Of a stretch of DNA of 64,000 nucleotides, positions 10,008-23,400 are shown one piece after another (positions within the stretch are counted from its first letter, which is position 1; every line of letters starts with the position of its first letter). Location of the stretch: positions 12,932,644-12,996,643 of the forward strand of contig CM120643.1 of NCBI GenBank assembly GCA_051362555.1, given 5' to 3'. The DNA is from Lingula anatina (taxonomy: Eukaryota > Animalia > Brachiopoda). The translations under genes and the position numbers were made by a program. The notes under the pieces were generated by a model. The model was not told where the DNA came from. It saw only the letters and a program-made list of their open reading frames with translations, and made no database searches.

Positions 10008-12941
10008 TCATTTTTGGGTGATTTTGAGTGATTTTCGTAAGGTCCAGATATGGCAGTTTTCTTCAATTTTGGCCAGGTAGGGATGAAAAATTTTTTTCTT
10101 CAATATTGTGTCAGGTAGGTGTGTTTGGTCATTTGTAGTGAGGGTAAAGTACTGGAAGAGTGGTTGTGTCATTATTAAGGAAGAAATAGAGCAAAAACTC
10201 TCTCCACCCCCCCCCCCCCCCCTTCTCTCTCCAAATCCTGTTCTCAGGTGTGCTTTCTGGCAATATTTAAAGCTGAAATTGGGGGCTTTAATGAAGTGAT
10301 CCGGGCGCGTTTCCACATTTTTTATGAATGACAGGTGTGGTAAATTGATTTTCATGAATTTTTGGAAAAATTGGTGACGGGTCATTTTTGGGTGATTTTG
10401 AGTGATTTTCGTAAGGTCCAGATATGGCAGTTTTCTTCAATTTTGGCCAGGTAGGGATGAAAATTTTTTTTCTTCAATATTGTGTCAGGTAGGTGTGTTT
10501 GGTCATTTGTAGTGAGGGTAAAGTACTGGAAGAGTGGTTTTGTCATTATTAAGGAAGAAATAGAGCAAAAACTCTCTTAACCCCCCCCCATCTCCAAATC
10601 CTGTTCTCAGGTGTGCTTGCTGGCAATCTTTAAATCTAAAATTGGGGGCTTTAATGAAGTGATCCGGGCGCGTTTCCACATTTTTTATGAATGACAGGTG
10701 TGGTAAATTGATTTTCATGAATTTTTGGAAAAATTGGTGACGGGTCATTTTTGGGTGATTTTGAGTGATTTTCGTAAGGTCCGGATATGGCAGTTTTCTT
10801 CAATTTTGGCCAGGTAGGGATGAAAATTTTTTTTCTTCAATATTGTGTCAGATAGGTGTGTTTGGTCATTTGTAGTGAGGGTAAAGTACTGGAAGAGTGG
10901 TTTTGTCATTATTAAGGAAGAAATAGAGCAAATACTCTCTCAACCCCCCCCCCCCTCTCTCCAAATCCTGTTCTCAGGTGTGCTTTTTGGCAATCTTTAA
11001 AGCTGAAATTGGGGGCTTTAATGAAGTGATCCGGGCGCGTTTCCACTTTTTTTATGAATGACAGGTGTGGTAAATTGATTTTCATGACTTTTTGGAAAAA
11101 TTGGTGACGGGTCATTTTTGGGTGATTTTGAGTGATTTTCGTAAGGTCCGAATATGGCAGTTTTCTTCAATTTTGGCCAGGTAGGGATGAAAAATTTTTT
11201 TCTTCAATATTGTGTCAGGTAGGTGTGTTTGTTCATTTGTAGTGAGGGTAAAGTACTGGAAGAGTGGTTGTGTCATTATTAAGGAAGAAATAGAGCAAAA
11301 ACTCTCTCCACCCCACCCCTTCTCTCCAAATCCTGTTCTCAGGTGTGCTTTCTGGCAATCTTTAAAGCTGAAATTGGGGGCTTTAATGAAGTGATCTGGG
11401 CGCATTTCCACATTTTTTATGAATGACAGGTGTGATAAATTGATTTTCATGACTTTTTGGAAAAATTGGTGACGGGTCATTTTTTGGGTGATTTTGAGTG
11501 ATTTTCGTAAGGTCCAGATATGGCAGTTTTCTTCAATTTTGGCCAGGTAGGGATGAAAAATTTTTTACTTCAATATTGTGTCAGGTAGGTGTGTTTGGTC
11601 ATTTGTAGTGAGGGTAAAGTACTGGAAGAGTGGTTGTGTCATTATTAAGGAAGAAATAGAGCAAAAACTCTCTCCACCCCCCCCCCCTTCTCTCTCCAAA
11701 TCCTGTTCTCAGGTGTGCTTTCTGGCAATATTTAAAGCTGAAATTGGGGGCTTTAATGAAGTGATCCGGGCGCGTTTCCACATTTTTTATGAATGACAGG
11801 TGTGGTAAATTGATTTTCATGAATTTTTGGAAAAATTGGTGACGGGTCATTTTTGGGTGATTTTGAGTGATTTTCGTAAGGTCCAGATATGGCAGTTTTC
11901 TTCAATTTTGGCCAGGTAGGGATGAAAATTTTTTTTCTTCAATATTGTGTCAGGTAGGTGTGTTTGGTCATTTGTAGTGAGGGTAAAGTACTGGAAGAGT
12001 GGTTTTGTCATTATTAAGGAAGAAATAGAGCAAAAACTCTCTTAACCCCCCCCCCATCTCCAAATCCTGTTCTCAGGTGTGCTTGCTGGCAATCTTTAAA
12101 TCTAAAATTGGGGGCTTTAATGAAGTGATCCGGGCGCGTTTCCACATTTTTTATGAATGACAGGTGTGGTAAATTGATTTTCATGAATTTTTGGAAAAAT
12201 TGGTGACGGGTCATTTTTGGGTGATTTTGAGTGATTTTCGTAAGGTCCGGATATGGCAGTTTTCTTCAATTTTGGCCAGGTAGGGATGAAAATTTTTTTT
12301 CTTCAATATTGTGTCAGATAGGTGTGTTTGGTCATTTGTAGTGAGGGTAAAGTACTGGAAGAGTGGTTTTGTCATTATTAAGGAAGAAATAGAGCAAAAA
12401 CTCTCTCAACCCCCCCCCCCTCTCTCCAAATCCTGTTCTCAGGTGTGCTTTTTGGCAATCTTTAAAGCTGAAATTGGGGGCTTTAATGAAGTGATCCGGG
12501 CGCGTTTCCACTTTTTTTATGAATGACAGGTGTGGTAAATTGATTTTCATGACTTTTTGGAAAAATTGGTGACGGGTCATTTTTGGGTGATTTTGAGTGA
12601 TTTTCGTAAGGTCCGAATATGGCAGTTTTCTTCAATTTTGGCCAGGTAGGGATGAAAAATTTTTTTCTTCAATATTGTGTCAGGTAGGTGTGTTTGTTCA
12701 TTTGTAGTGAGGGTAAAGTACTGGAAGAGTGGTTGTGTCATTATTAAGGAAGAAATAGAGCAAAAACTCTCTCCACCCCACCCCTTCTCTCCAAATCCTG
12801 TTCTCAGGTGTGCTTTCTGGCAATCTTTAAAGCTGAAATTGGGGGCTTTAATGAAGTGATCTGGGCGCATTTCCACATTTTTTATGAATGACAGGTGTGA
12901 TAAATTGATTTTCATGACTTTTTGGAAAAATTGGTGACGGG
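10008..12941. repeat. Tandem 4-mer duplication (~1465-bp period)
   Basis: ORFs 11112/12577 offset 1465. Shared TCAGATAGG, TTAAATCTAAAA, TTTGTTCAT and GCGCATTT variants in the same order. Confidence 0.87.
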
Positions 12942-15900
12942 TCATTTTTTGGGTGATTTTGAGTGATTTTCGTAAGGTCCAGATATGGCAGTTTTCTTCA
13001 ATTTTGGCCAGGTAGGGATGAAAAATTTTTTACTTCAATATTGTGTCAGGTAGGTGTGTTTGGTCATTTGTAGTGAGGGTAAAGTACTGGAAGAGTGGTT
13101 GTGTCATTATTAAGGAAGAAATAGAGCAAAATCTCTCTTAACCCCCCCCCCCCAATCTCCAAATCCTGTTCTCAGGTGTGCTTGCTGGCAATCTTTAAAG
13201 GTGAAATTGGGGGCTTTAATGAAGTGATCCAGGCGCGTTTCCACATTTTTTATGAATGACAGGTGTGGTAAATTGATTTTCATGACTTTTTGGAAAAATT
13301 GTTGACGGGTCATTTTTGGGTGATTTTGAGTGATTTTCGTAAGGTCCGGATATGGCAGTTTTCTTCAATTTTGGCCAGTTAGGGATGAAAATTTTTTTTC
13401 TTCAATATTGTGTCAGGTAGGTGTGTTTGGTCATTTGTAGTGAGGGTAAAGTACTGGAAGAGTGGTTGTGTCATTATTAAGGAAGAAATAGAGCAAAAAC
13501 TCTCTCCACCCCCCCCACTCTCCAAATCCTATTCTCAGGTGTGCTTTCTGGCAATCTTTAAAGCTGAAATTGGGGGCTTTAATGAAGAGATCCGGGCGCG
13601 TTTCCACATTTTTTATGAATGACAGGTGGGTTAAATTGATTTTCCTGACTATTTGGAAAAATTGGTGACGGGTCATTTTTGGGTGATTTTGAATGATTTT
13701 CGTAAGGTCCAGATATGGCAGTTTTCTTCAATTTTGGCCAGGTAGGGATGAAAATTTTTTTTCTTCAATATTGTGTCAGGTAGGTGTGTTTGGTCATTTG
13801 TAGTGAGGGTAAAGTACTGGAAGAGTGGTTGTGTCATTATTAAGGAAGAAATAGAGCAAAAACTCTCTTAACCCCCCCCCCCCCCCCATCTCCAAATCCT
13901 GTTCTCAGGTGTGCTTGCTGGCAATCTTTAAAGCTAAAATTGGGGGCTTTAATGAAGTGATCCGGGCGCGTTTCCACATTTTTTATGAATGACAGGTGTG
14001 GTAAATTGATTTTCATGAATTTTTGGAAAAATTGGTGACGGGTTATTTTTGGATGATTTTGAGTGATTTTCGTAAGGTCCGGATATGGCAGTTTTCTTCA
14101 ATTTTGGCCAGGTAGGGATGAAAAATTTTTTTCTTCAATATTGTGTCAGGTAGGTGTGTTTGTTCATTTGTAGTGAGGGTAAAGTACTGGAAGAGTGGTT
14201 GTGTCATTATTAAGGAAGAAATAGAGCAAAAACTCTCTCCACCCCAACCCTTCTCTCCAAATCCTGTTCTCAGGTGTGCTTTCTGGCAATCTTTAAAGCT
14301 GAAATTGGGGGCTTTAATGAAGTGATCTGGGCGCATTTCCACATTTTTTATGAATGACAGGTGTGATAAATTGATTTTCATGACTTTTTGGAAAAATTGG
14401 TGAGGGGTCATTTTTGGGTGATTTTGAGTGATTTTCGTAAGGTCCGGATATGGCAGTTTTCTTCAATTTTGGCCAGGTAGGGATGAAAAATTTTTTTCTT
14501 CAATATTGTGTCAGGTAGGTGTGTTTGGTCATTTGTAGTGAGGGTAAAGTACTGGAAGAGTGGTTTTGTCATTATTAAGGAAGAAATAGAGCAAATACTC
14601 TCTCAACCCCCCCCCCCCTCTCCAAATCCTGTTCTCAGGTGTGCTTTCTGGCAATCTTTAAAGCTGAAATTGGGGGCTTTAATGAAGTGATCCGTGCGGG
14701 TTTCAACATTTTTTATAAATGACAGGTGTGGTAAATTGATTTTCATGACTTTTTGGAAAAATTGGTGAGGGGTCATTTTTGGGTGATTTTGAATGATTTT
14801 CGTAAGGTCTGGATATGGCAGTTTTCTTCAATTTTGGCCAGGTAGGGATGAAAATTTTTTTTCTTCAATATTGTGTCAGGTAGATGTGTTTGGTCATTTG
14901 TAGTGAGGGTAAAGTACTGGTAGAGTGGTTGTGTCATTATTAAGGAAGAAATAGTGCAAATACTCTCTCAACCCCCCCCTCTCTCCAAATCCTGTTCTCA
15001 GGTGTGCTTTCTGGCAATGTTTAAATCTTAATTTGGGGGCTTTAATGAAGTGATCCGGGCGCGTTTCCACATTTTTTATGAATGACAGGTGTGTTAAATT
15101 GATTTTCATGACTTTTTGGAAAAATTGGTGACGGGTCATTTTTGGGTGATTTTGAGTGATTTTCGTAAGGTCCAGATATGGCAGTTTTCTTAAATTTTGG
15201 CCAGGTAGGGATGAAAAATTTTTTTCTTCAATATTGTGTCAGGTAGGTGTGTTTGGTCATTTGTAGTGAGGGTAAAGTACTGGAAGAGTGGTTGTGTCAT
15301 TATTAAGGAAGAAATAGAGCAAAAACTCTCTCCACCCCCCCCCCCTTCTCTCTCCAAATCCTGTTCTCAGGTGTGCTTTCTGGCAATCTTTAAAGCTGAA
15401 ATTGGGGGCTTTAATGAAGTGATCCGGGCGCGTTTCCACATTTTTTATGAATGACAGGTGTGGTAAATTGATTTTCATGAATTTTTGGAAAAATTGGTGA
15501 CGGGTCATTTTTGGGTGATTTTGAGTGATTTTCGTAAGGTCCAGATATGGCAGTTTTCTTCAATTTTGGCCAGGTAGGGATGAAAATTTTTTTTCTTCAA
15601 TATTGTGTCAGGTAGGTGTGTTTGGTCATTTGTAGTGAGGGTAAAGTACTGAAAGAGTGGTTTTGTCATTATTAAGGAAGAAATAGAGCAAAAACTCTCT
15701 TAACCCCCCCCCATCTCTAAATCCTGTTCTCAGGTGTGCTTGCTGGCAATCTTTAAAGCTAAAATTGGGGGTTTTAATGAAGTGATCCGGGCGCGTTTCC
15801 ACATTTTTTATGAATGACAGGTGTGGTAAATTGATTTTCATGAATTTTTGGAAAAATTGGTGACGGGTCATTTTTGGGTGATTTTGAGTGATTTTCGTAA

Positions 15901-18900
15901 GGTCCGGATATGGCAGTTTTCTTCAATTTTGGCCAGGTAGGGATGAAAAATTTTTTTCTTCAATATTGTGTCAGGTAGGTGTGTTTGTTCATTTGTAGTG
16001 AGGGTAAAGTACTGGAAGAGTGGTTGTGTCATTATTAAGGAAGAAATAGAGCAAAAACTCTCTCCACCCCACCCCTTCTCTCCAAATCCTGTTCTCAGGT
16101 GTGCTTTCTGGCAATCTTTAAAGCTGAAATTGGGGGCTTTAATGAAGTGATCTGGGCGCATTTCCACATTTTTTATGAATGACAGGTGTGATAAATTGAT
16201 TTTCATGACTTTTTGGAAAAATTGGTGACGGGTCATTTTTGGGTGATTTTGAGTGATTTTCGTAAGGTCCGGATAAGGCAGTTTTCTTCAATTTTGGCCA
16301 GGTAGGGATGAAAATTTTTTTTCTTCAATATTGTGTCAGGTAGATGTGTTTGGTCATTTGTAGTGAGGGTATAGTACTGGAAGAGTGGTTTTGTCATTAT
16401 TAAGGAAGAAATAGAGCAAAAACTCTCTCCACCCCCCCTCTCTCCAAATCCTGTTCTCAGGTGTGCTTTCTGGCAATCTTTAAAGCTGAAATTGGGGGCT
16501 TTAATGAAGTGATCCGGGCGGGTTTCAACATTTTTTATAAATGACAGGTGTGGTAAATTGATTTTCATGACTTTTTGGAAAAATTGGTGAGGGGTCATTT
16601 TTGGGTGATTTTGAATGATTTTCGTAAGGTCTGGATATGGCAGTTTTCTTCAATTTTGGCCAGGTAGGGATGAAAATTTTTTTCTTCAATATTGTTTCAG
16701 GTAGATGTGTTTGGTCATTTGTAGTGAGGGTAAAGTACTGGTAGAGTGGTTGTGTCATTATTAAGGAAGAAATAGTGCAAATACTCTCTCAACCCCCCCC
16801 CCCCTCTCTCCAAATCCTGTTCTCAGGTGTGCTTTCTGGCAATGTTTAAATCTGAATTTGGGGGCTTTAATGAAGTGATCCGGGCGCGTTTCCACGTTTT
16901 TTATTAATGACAGGTGTGGTAAATTAATTTTCATGACTTTTTGGAAAAATTGGTGACGGGTCATTTTTGGGTGATTTTGAATGATTTTCGTAAGGTCCGG
17001 ATATGGCAGTTTTCTTCAATTTTGGCCAGATAGGGATGAAAAATTTTTTTCTTCAATATTGTGTCAGGTAGGTGTGTTTGGTCATTTGTAGTGAGGGTAA
17101 AGTACTGGAAGAGTGGTTGTGTCATTATTAAGGAAGAAATAGAGCAAAAACTCTCTCCATCCCCCCCCCCTTCTCTCTCCAAATCCTGTTCTCAGGTGTG
17201 CTTTCTGGCAATATTTAAAGCTGAAATTGGGGGCTTTAATGAAGTGATCCGGGCGCGTTTCCACATTTTTTATGAATGACAGGTGTGTTAAATTGATTTT
17301 CATGAATTTTTGGAAAAATTGGTGACGGGTCATTTTTGGGTGATTTTGAGTGATTTTCGTAAGGTCCAGATATGGCAGTTTTCTTCAATTTTGGCCAGGT
17401 AGGGATGAAAAATTTTTTTCTTCAATATTGTGTCAGGTAGGTGTGTTTGGTCATTTGTAGTGAGGGTAAAGTACTGGAAGAGTGGTTGTGTCATTATTAA
17501 GGAAGAAATAGAGCAAAAACTCTCTCCACCCCACCCCTTCTCTCCAAATCCTGTTCTCAGGTGTGCTTTCTGGCAATCTTTAAAGCTGAAATTGGGGGCT
17601 TTAATGAAGTGATCTGGGCGCATTACCACATTTTTTATGAATGACAGGTGTGATAAATTGATTTTCATGACTTTTTGGAAAAATTGGTGACGGGTCATTT
17701 TTGGGTGATTTTGAGTGATTTTCGTAAGGTCCGGATAAGGCAGTTTTCTTCAATTTTGGCCAGGTAGGGATGAAAATTTTTTTTCTTCAATATTGTGTCA
17801 GGTAGATGTGTTTGGTCATTTGTAGTGAGGGTATAGTACTGGAAGAGTGGTTTTGTCATTATTTAGGAAGAAATAGAGCAAAAACTCTCTCCACCCCCCC
17901 CTCTCCAAATCCTGTTCTCAGGTGTGCTTTCTGGCAATCTTTAAAGCTGAAATTGGGGGCTTTAATGAAGTGATCCGGGCGCGTTTCCACTTTTTTTATG
18001 AATGACAGGTGTGGTAAATTGATTTTCATGACTTTTGGAAAAATTGGTGACGGGTCATTTTTGGGTGATTTTGAGTGATTTTCGTAAGGTCCGGATATGG
18101 CAGTTTTCTTCAATTTTGACCAGGTAGGGATGAAAAATTTTTTTCTTCAATATTGTGTCAGGTAGGTGTGTTTGGTCATTTGTAGTGAGGGTAAAGTACT
18201 GGAAGAGTGGTTGTGTCATTATTAAGGAAGAAATAGAGCAAAAACTCTCTCCTCCCCCACCCTCTCTCTAAATCCTGTTCTCAGGTGTGCTTTCTGGCAA
18301 TCTTTAAAGCTGAAATTGGGGGCTTTAATGAAGTGATCCGGGCGCGTTTCCACATTTTTTATGAATGACAGGTGTGGTAAATTGATTTTCATGAATTTTT
18401 GGAAAAATTGGTGACGGGTCATTTTTGGGTGATTTTGAGTGATTTTCGTAATTCATATGGCAGTTTTCTTCAATTTTGGCCAGGTAGGGATGAAAATTTT
18501 TTTTCTTCAATATTGTGTTAGGTAGATGTGTTTGGTCATTTGTAGTGAGGGTATAGTACTGGAAGAGTGGTTTTGTCATTATTAAGGAAGAAATAGAGCA
18601 AAAACTCTCCACCCCCCCCTCTCTCCAAATCCTGTTCTCAGGTGTGCTTTCTGGCAATCTTTAAAGCTGAAATTGGGGGCTTTAATGAAGTGATCCGGGC
18701 GCGTTTCCACTTTTTTTATGAATGACAGGTGTGGTAAATTGATTTTCATGACTTTTGGAAAAATTGGTGACGGGTCATTTTTGGGTGATTTTGAGTGATT
18801 TTCGTAAGGTCCGAATATGGCAGTTTTCTTCAATTTTGGCCAGGTAGGGATGAAAAATTTTTTTCTTCAATATTGTGTCAGGTAGGTGTGTTTGGTCATT

Positions 18901-20236
18901 TGTAGTGAGGGTAAAGTACTGGAAGAGTGGTTGTGTCATTATTAAGGAAGAAATAGAGCAAAAACTCTCTCCTCCCCCCCCTCTCTCTAAATCCTGTTCT
19001 CAGGTGTGCTTTCTGGCAATCTTTAAAGCTGAAATTGGGGGCTTTAATGAAGTGATCCGGGCGCGTTTCCACATTTTTTATTAATGACAGGTGTGGTAAA
19101 TTGATTTTCATGAATTTTTGGAAAAATTGGTGACAGGTCATTTTTGGGTGATTTTGAGTGATTTTCGTAAGGTCCGGATATAGCAGTTTTCTTCAATTTT
19201 GGCCAGGTAGGGATGAAAAATTTTTTCTTCAATATTGTGTCAGGTAGGTGTGTTTGGTCATTTGTAGTGAGGGTAAAGTACTGGAAGAGTGGTTGTGTCA
19301 TTATTAAGGAAGAAATAGAGCAAAAACTCTCTCCACCCCCACCCCCCTCTCTCTCCAAATCCTGTTCTCAGGTGTGCTTTCTGGCAATATTTAAAGCTGA
19401 AATTGGGGGCTTAAATGAAGTGATCTGGGCGCGTTTCCACATTTTTTATGAATGACAGGTGTGGTAAATTGATTTTCATGACTTTTGGAAAAATTGGTGA
19501 CGGGTCATTTTTGGGTGATTTTGAGTGATTTTCGTAAGGTGATATGGCAGTTTTCTGCAATTTTGGCCAGGTAGGGATGAAAAATTTTTTTCTTCAATAT
19601 TGTGTCAGGTAGGTGTGTTTGGTCATTTGTAGTGATGGTAAAGTACTGGAAGAGTGGTTTTGTCATTATTAAGGAAGAAATAGAGGAAAATCTCTCTTAA
19701 CCCCCCCCCCCCCCACCAATCTCCAAATCCTGTTCTCAGGTGTGCTTGCTGGCAATCTTTAAAGGTAAAATTGGGGGCTTTAATGAAGTGATCCGGGTGC
19801 GTTTCCACATTTTTTATGAATGACAGGTGTGGTAAATTGATTTTCATGAATTTTTGGAAAAATTGGTGACTGATCATTTTTGGGTGATTTTGAGTGATTT
19901 TCGTAAGGTCCGGATATGGCAGTTTTCTTCAATTTTGGCCAGATAGGGATGAAAAATTTTTTTCTTCAATATTGTGTCAGGTAGGTGTGTTTGGTCATTT
20001 GTAGTGAGGGTAAAGTACTGGAAGAGTGGTTGTGTCATTATTAAGGAAGAAATAGAGCAAAAACTCTCTCCTACCCCCCCTCTCTCTAAATCCTGTTCTC
20101 AGGTGTGCTTTCTGGCAATCTTTAAAGCTGAAATTGGGGGCTTTAATGAAGTGATTCGGGCGCGTTTCCACATTTTTTATTAATGACAGGTGTGGTAAAT
20201 TGATTTTCATGAATTTTTGGAAAAATTGGTGACGGG

Positions 20237-20466
20237 TCATTTTTGGGTGATTTTGAGTGATTTTCGTAATGTCCGGATATGGCAGTTTTCTTCAATTTTG
20301 GCCAGATAGGGATGAAAAATTTTTTTCTTCAATATTGTGTCAGGTAGGTGTGTTTGGTCATTTGTAGTGAGGGTAATAAAGTGATCTGGGCGCGTTTCCA
20401 CATTTTTTATGAATGACAGGTGTGGTAAATTGATTTTCATGACTTTTTGGAAAAATTGGTGACGGG
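20237..20466. repeat. Truncated 230-bp monomer, copy 3
   Basis: Same junction at ~20369-20386. Identical ORF 20237..20470. Confidence 0.95.
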
Positions 20467-23400
20467 TCATTTTTGGGTGATTTTGAGTGATTTTCGTAAG
20501 GTCCGGATATGGCAGTTTTCTTCAATTTTGGCCAGGTAGGGATGAAAATTTTTTTTCTTCAATATTGTGTTAGGTAGATGTGTTTGGTCATTTGTAGTGA
20601 GGGTATAGTACTGGAAGAGTGGTTTTGTCATTATTAAGGAAGAAATAGAGCAAAAACTCTCTCCACCCCCCCTCTCTCCAAATCCTGTTCTTAGGTGTGC
20701 TTTCTGGCAATCTTTAAAGCTGAAATTGGGGGCTTTAATGAAGTGATCCGGGCGCGTTTCCACTTTTTTTATGAATGACAGGTGTGGTAAATTGATTTTC
20801 ATGACTTTTGGAAAAATTGGTGACGGGTCATTTTTGGGTGATTTTGAGTGATTTTCGTAAAGTCCGAATATGGCAGTTTTCTTCAATTTTGGCCAGGTAG
20901 GGATGAAAAATTTTTTTCTTCAATATTGTGTCAGGTAGGTGTGTTTGGTCATTTGTAGTGAGGGTAAAGTACTGGAAGAGTGGTTGTGTCATTATTAAGG
21001 AAGAAATAGAGCAAAAACTCTCTCCTCCCCCCCCTCTCTCTAAATCCTGTTCTCAGGTGTGCTTTCTGGCAATCTTTAAAGCTGAAATTGGGGGCTTTAA
21101 TGAAGTGATCCGGGCGCGTTTCCACATTTTTTATTAATGACAGGTGTGGTAAATTGATTTTCATGAATTTTTGGAAAAATTGGTGACGGGTCATTTTTGG
21201 GTGATTTTGAGTGATTTTCGTAAGGTCCGGATATAGCAGTTTTCTTCAATTTTGGCCAGGTAGGGATGAAAACTTTTTTTCTTCAATATTGTGTCAGGTA
21301 GGTGTGTTTGGTCATTTGTAGTGAGGGTAAAGTACTGGAAGAGTGGTTGTGTCATTATTAAGGAAGAAATAGAGCAAAAACTCTCTCCACCCCCACCCCC
21401 CTCTCTCTCCAAATCCTGTTCTCAGGTGTGCTTTCTGGCAATATTTAAAGCTGAAATTGGGGGCTTTAATGAAGTGATCTGGGCGCGTTTCCACATTTTT
21501 TATGAATGACAGGTGTGGTAAATTGATTTTCATGACTTTTTGGAAAAATTGGTGACGGGTCATTTTTGGGTGATTTTGAGTGATTTTCGTAAGGTCCAGA
21601 TATGGCAGTTTTCTTCAATTTTGACCAGGTAGGGATGAAAAATTTTTTTCTTCAATATTGTGTCAGGTAGGTGTGTTTGGTCATTTGTAGTGAGGGTAAA
21701 GTACTGGAAGAGTGGTTTTGTCATTATTAAGGAAGAAATAGAGCAAAATCTCTCTTAACCCCCCCCCCCCCCAATCTCCAAATCCTGTTCTCAGGTGTGC
21801 TTGCTGGCAATCTTTAAAGGTGAAATTGGGGGCTTTAATGAAGTGATCCAGGCGCGTTTCCACATTTTTTATGAATGACAGGTGTGGTAAATTGATTTTC
21901 ATGACTTTTTGGAAAAATTGGTGACGGGTCATTTTTGGGTGATTTTGAGTGATTTTCGTAAGGTCTGGATATGGCAGTTTTCTTCAATTTTGGCCAGTTA
22001 GGGATGAAAATTTTTTTTCTTCAATATTGTGTCAGGTAGGTGTGTTTGGTCATTTGTAGTGAGGGTAAAGTACTGGAAGAGTGGTTGTGTCATTATTAAG
22101 GAAGAAATAGAGCAAAAACTCTCTCCACCCCCCCACTCTCCAAATCCTATTCTCAGGTGTGCTTTCTGGCAATCTTTAAAGCTGAAATTGGGGGCTTTAA
22201 TGAAGAGATCCGGGCGCGTTTCCACATTTTTTATGAATGACAGGTGTGCTAAATTGATTTTCCTGACTATTTGGAAAAATTGGTGACGGGTCATTTTTGG
22301 GTGATTTTGAATGATTTTCGTAAGGTCCGGATATGGCAGTTTTCTTCAATTTTGGCCAGGTAGGGATGAAAATTTTTTTTCTTCAATATTGTGTCAGGTA
22401 GGTGTGTTTGGTCATTTGTAGTGAGGGTAAAGTACTGGAAGAGTGGTTTTGTCATTTTTAAGGAAGAAATATTGCAAAAACTCTCTCCACACCCCCCCCT
22501 CTCTCCAAATCCTGTTCTCAGGTGTGCTTTCTGGCAATCTTTAAAGCTGAAATTGGGGGCTTTAATGAAGTGATCCGGGCGTGTTTCCACATTTTTTTAT
22601 GAATGACAGGTGTGGTAAATTGATTTTCATGACTTTTTGGAGAAATTGGTGATGGGTCATTTTTGGGTGATTTTGAGTGATTTTCGTAACGTCCGGATAT
22701 GGCAGTTTTCTTCAATTTTGGCCAGGTAGGGATGAAAATTTTTTTTCTTCAATATTGTGTCAGGTAGGTGTGTTTGGTCATTTGTAGTGAGGGTAAAGTA
22801 CTGGAAGAGTGGTTTTGTCATTATTAAGGAAGAAATAGAGCAAAAACTCTCTCCTCCCCCCCCTATCTCTAAATCCTGTTCTCAGGTGTGCTTTCTGGCA
22901 ATCTTTAAAGCTGAAATTGTTGGCTTTAATGAAGTGATCCGGGCGCGTTTCCACATTTTTTATTAATGACAGGTGTGGTAAATTGATTTTCATGAATTTT
23001 TGGAAAAATTGGTGACGGGTCATTTTTGGGTGATTTTGAGTGATTTTCGTAAGGTCCGGATATAGCAGTTTTCTTCAATTTTGGCCAGGTAGGGATGAAA
23101 AATTTTTTTCTTCAATATTGTGTCAGGTAGGTGTGTTTGGTCATTTGTAGTGAGGGTAAAGTACTGGAAGAGTGGTTTTGTCATTATTAAGGAAGAAATA
23201 GAGCAAAATCTCTCTCCACCCCCCCTCTCTCCAAATCCTGTTCTTAGGTGTGCTTTTTGGCAATCTTTAAAGCTGAAATTGGGGGCTTTAATGAAGTGAT
23301 CCGGGCGCGTTTCCACTTTTTTTATGAATGACAGGTGTGGTAAATTGATTTTCATGACTTTTTGGAAAAATTGGTGACGGGTCATTTTTGGGTGATTTTG

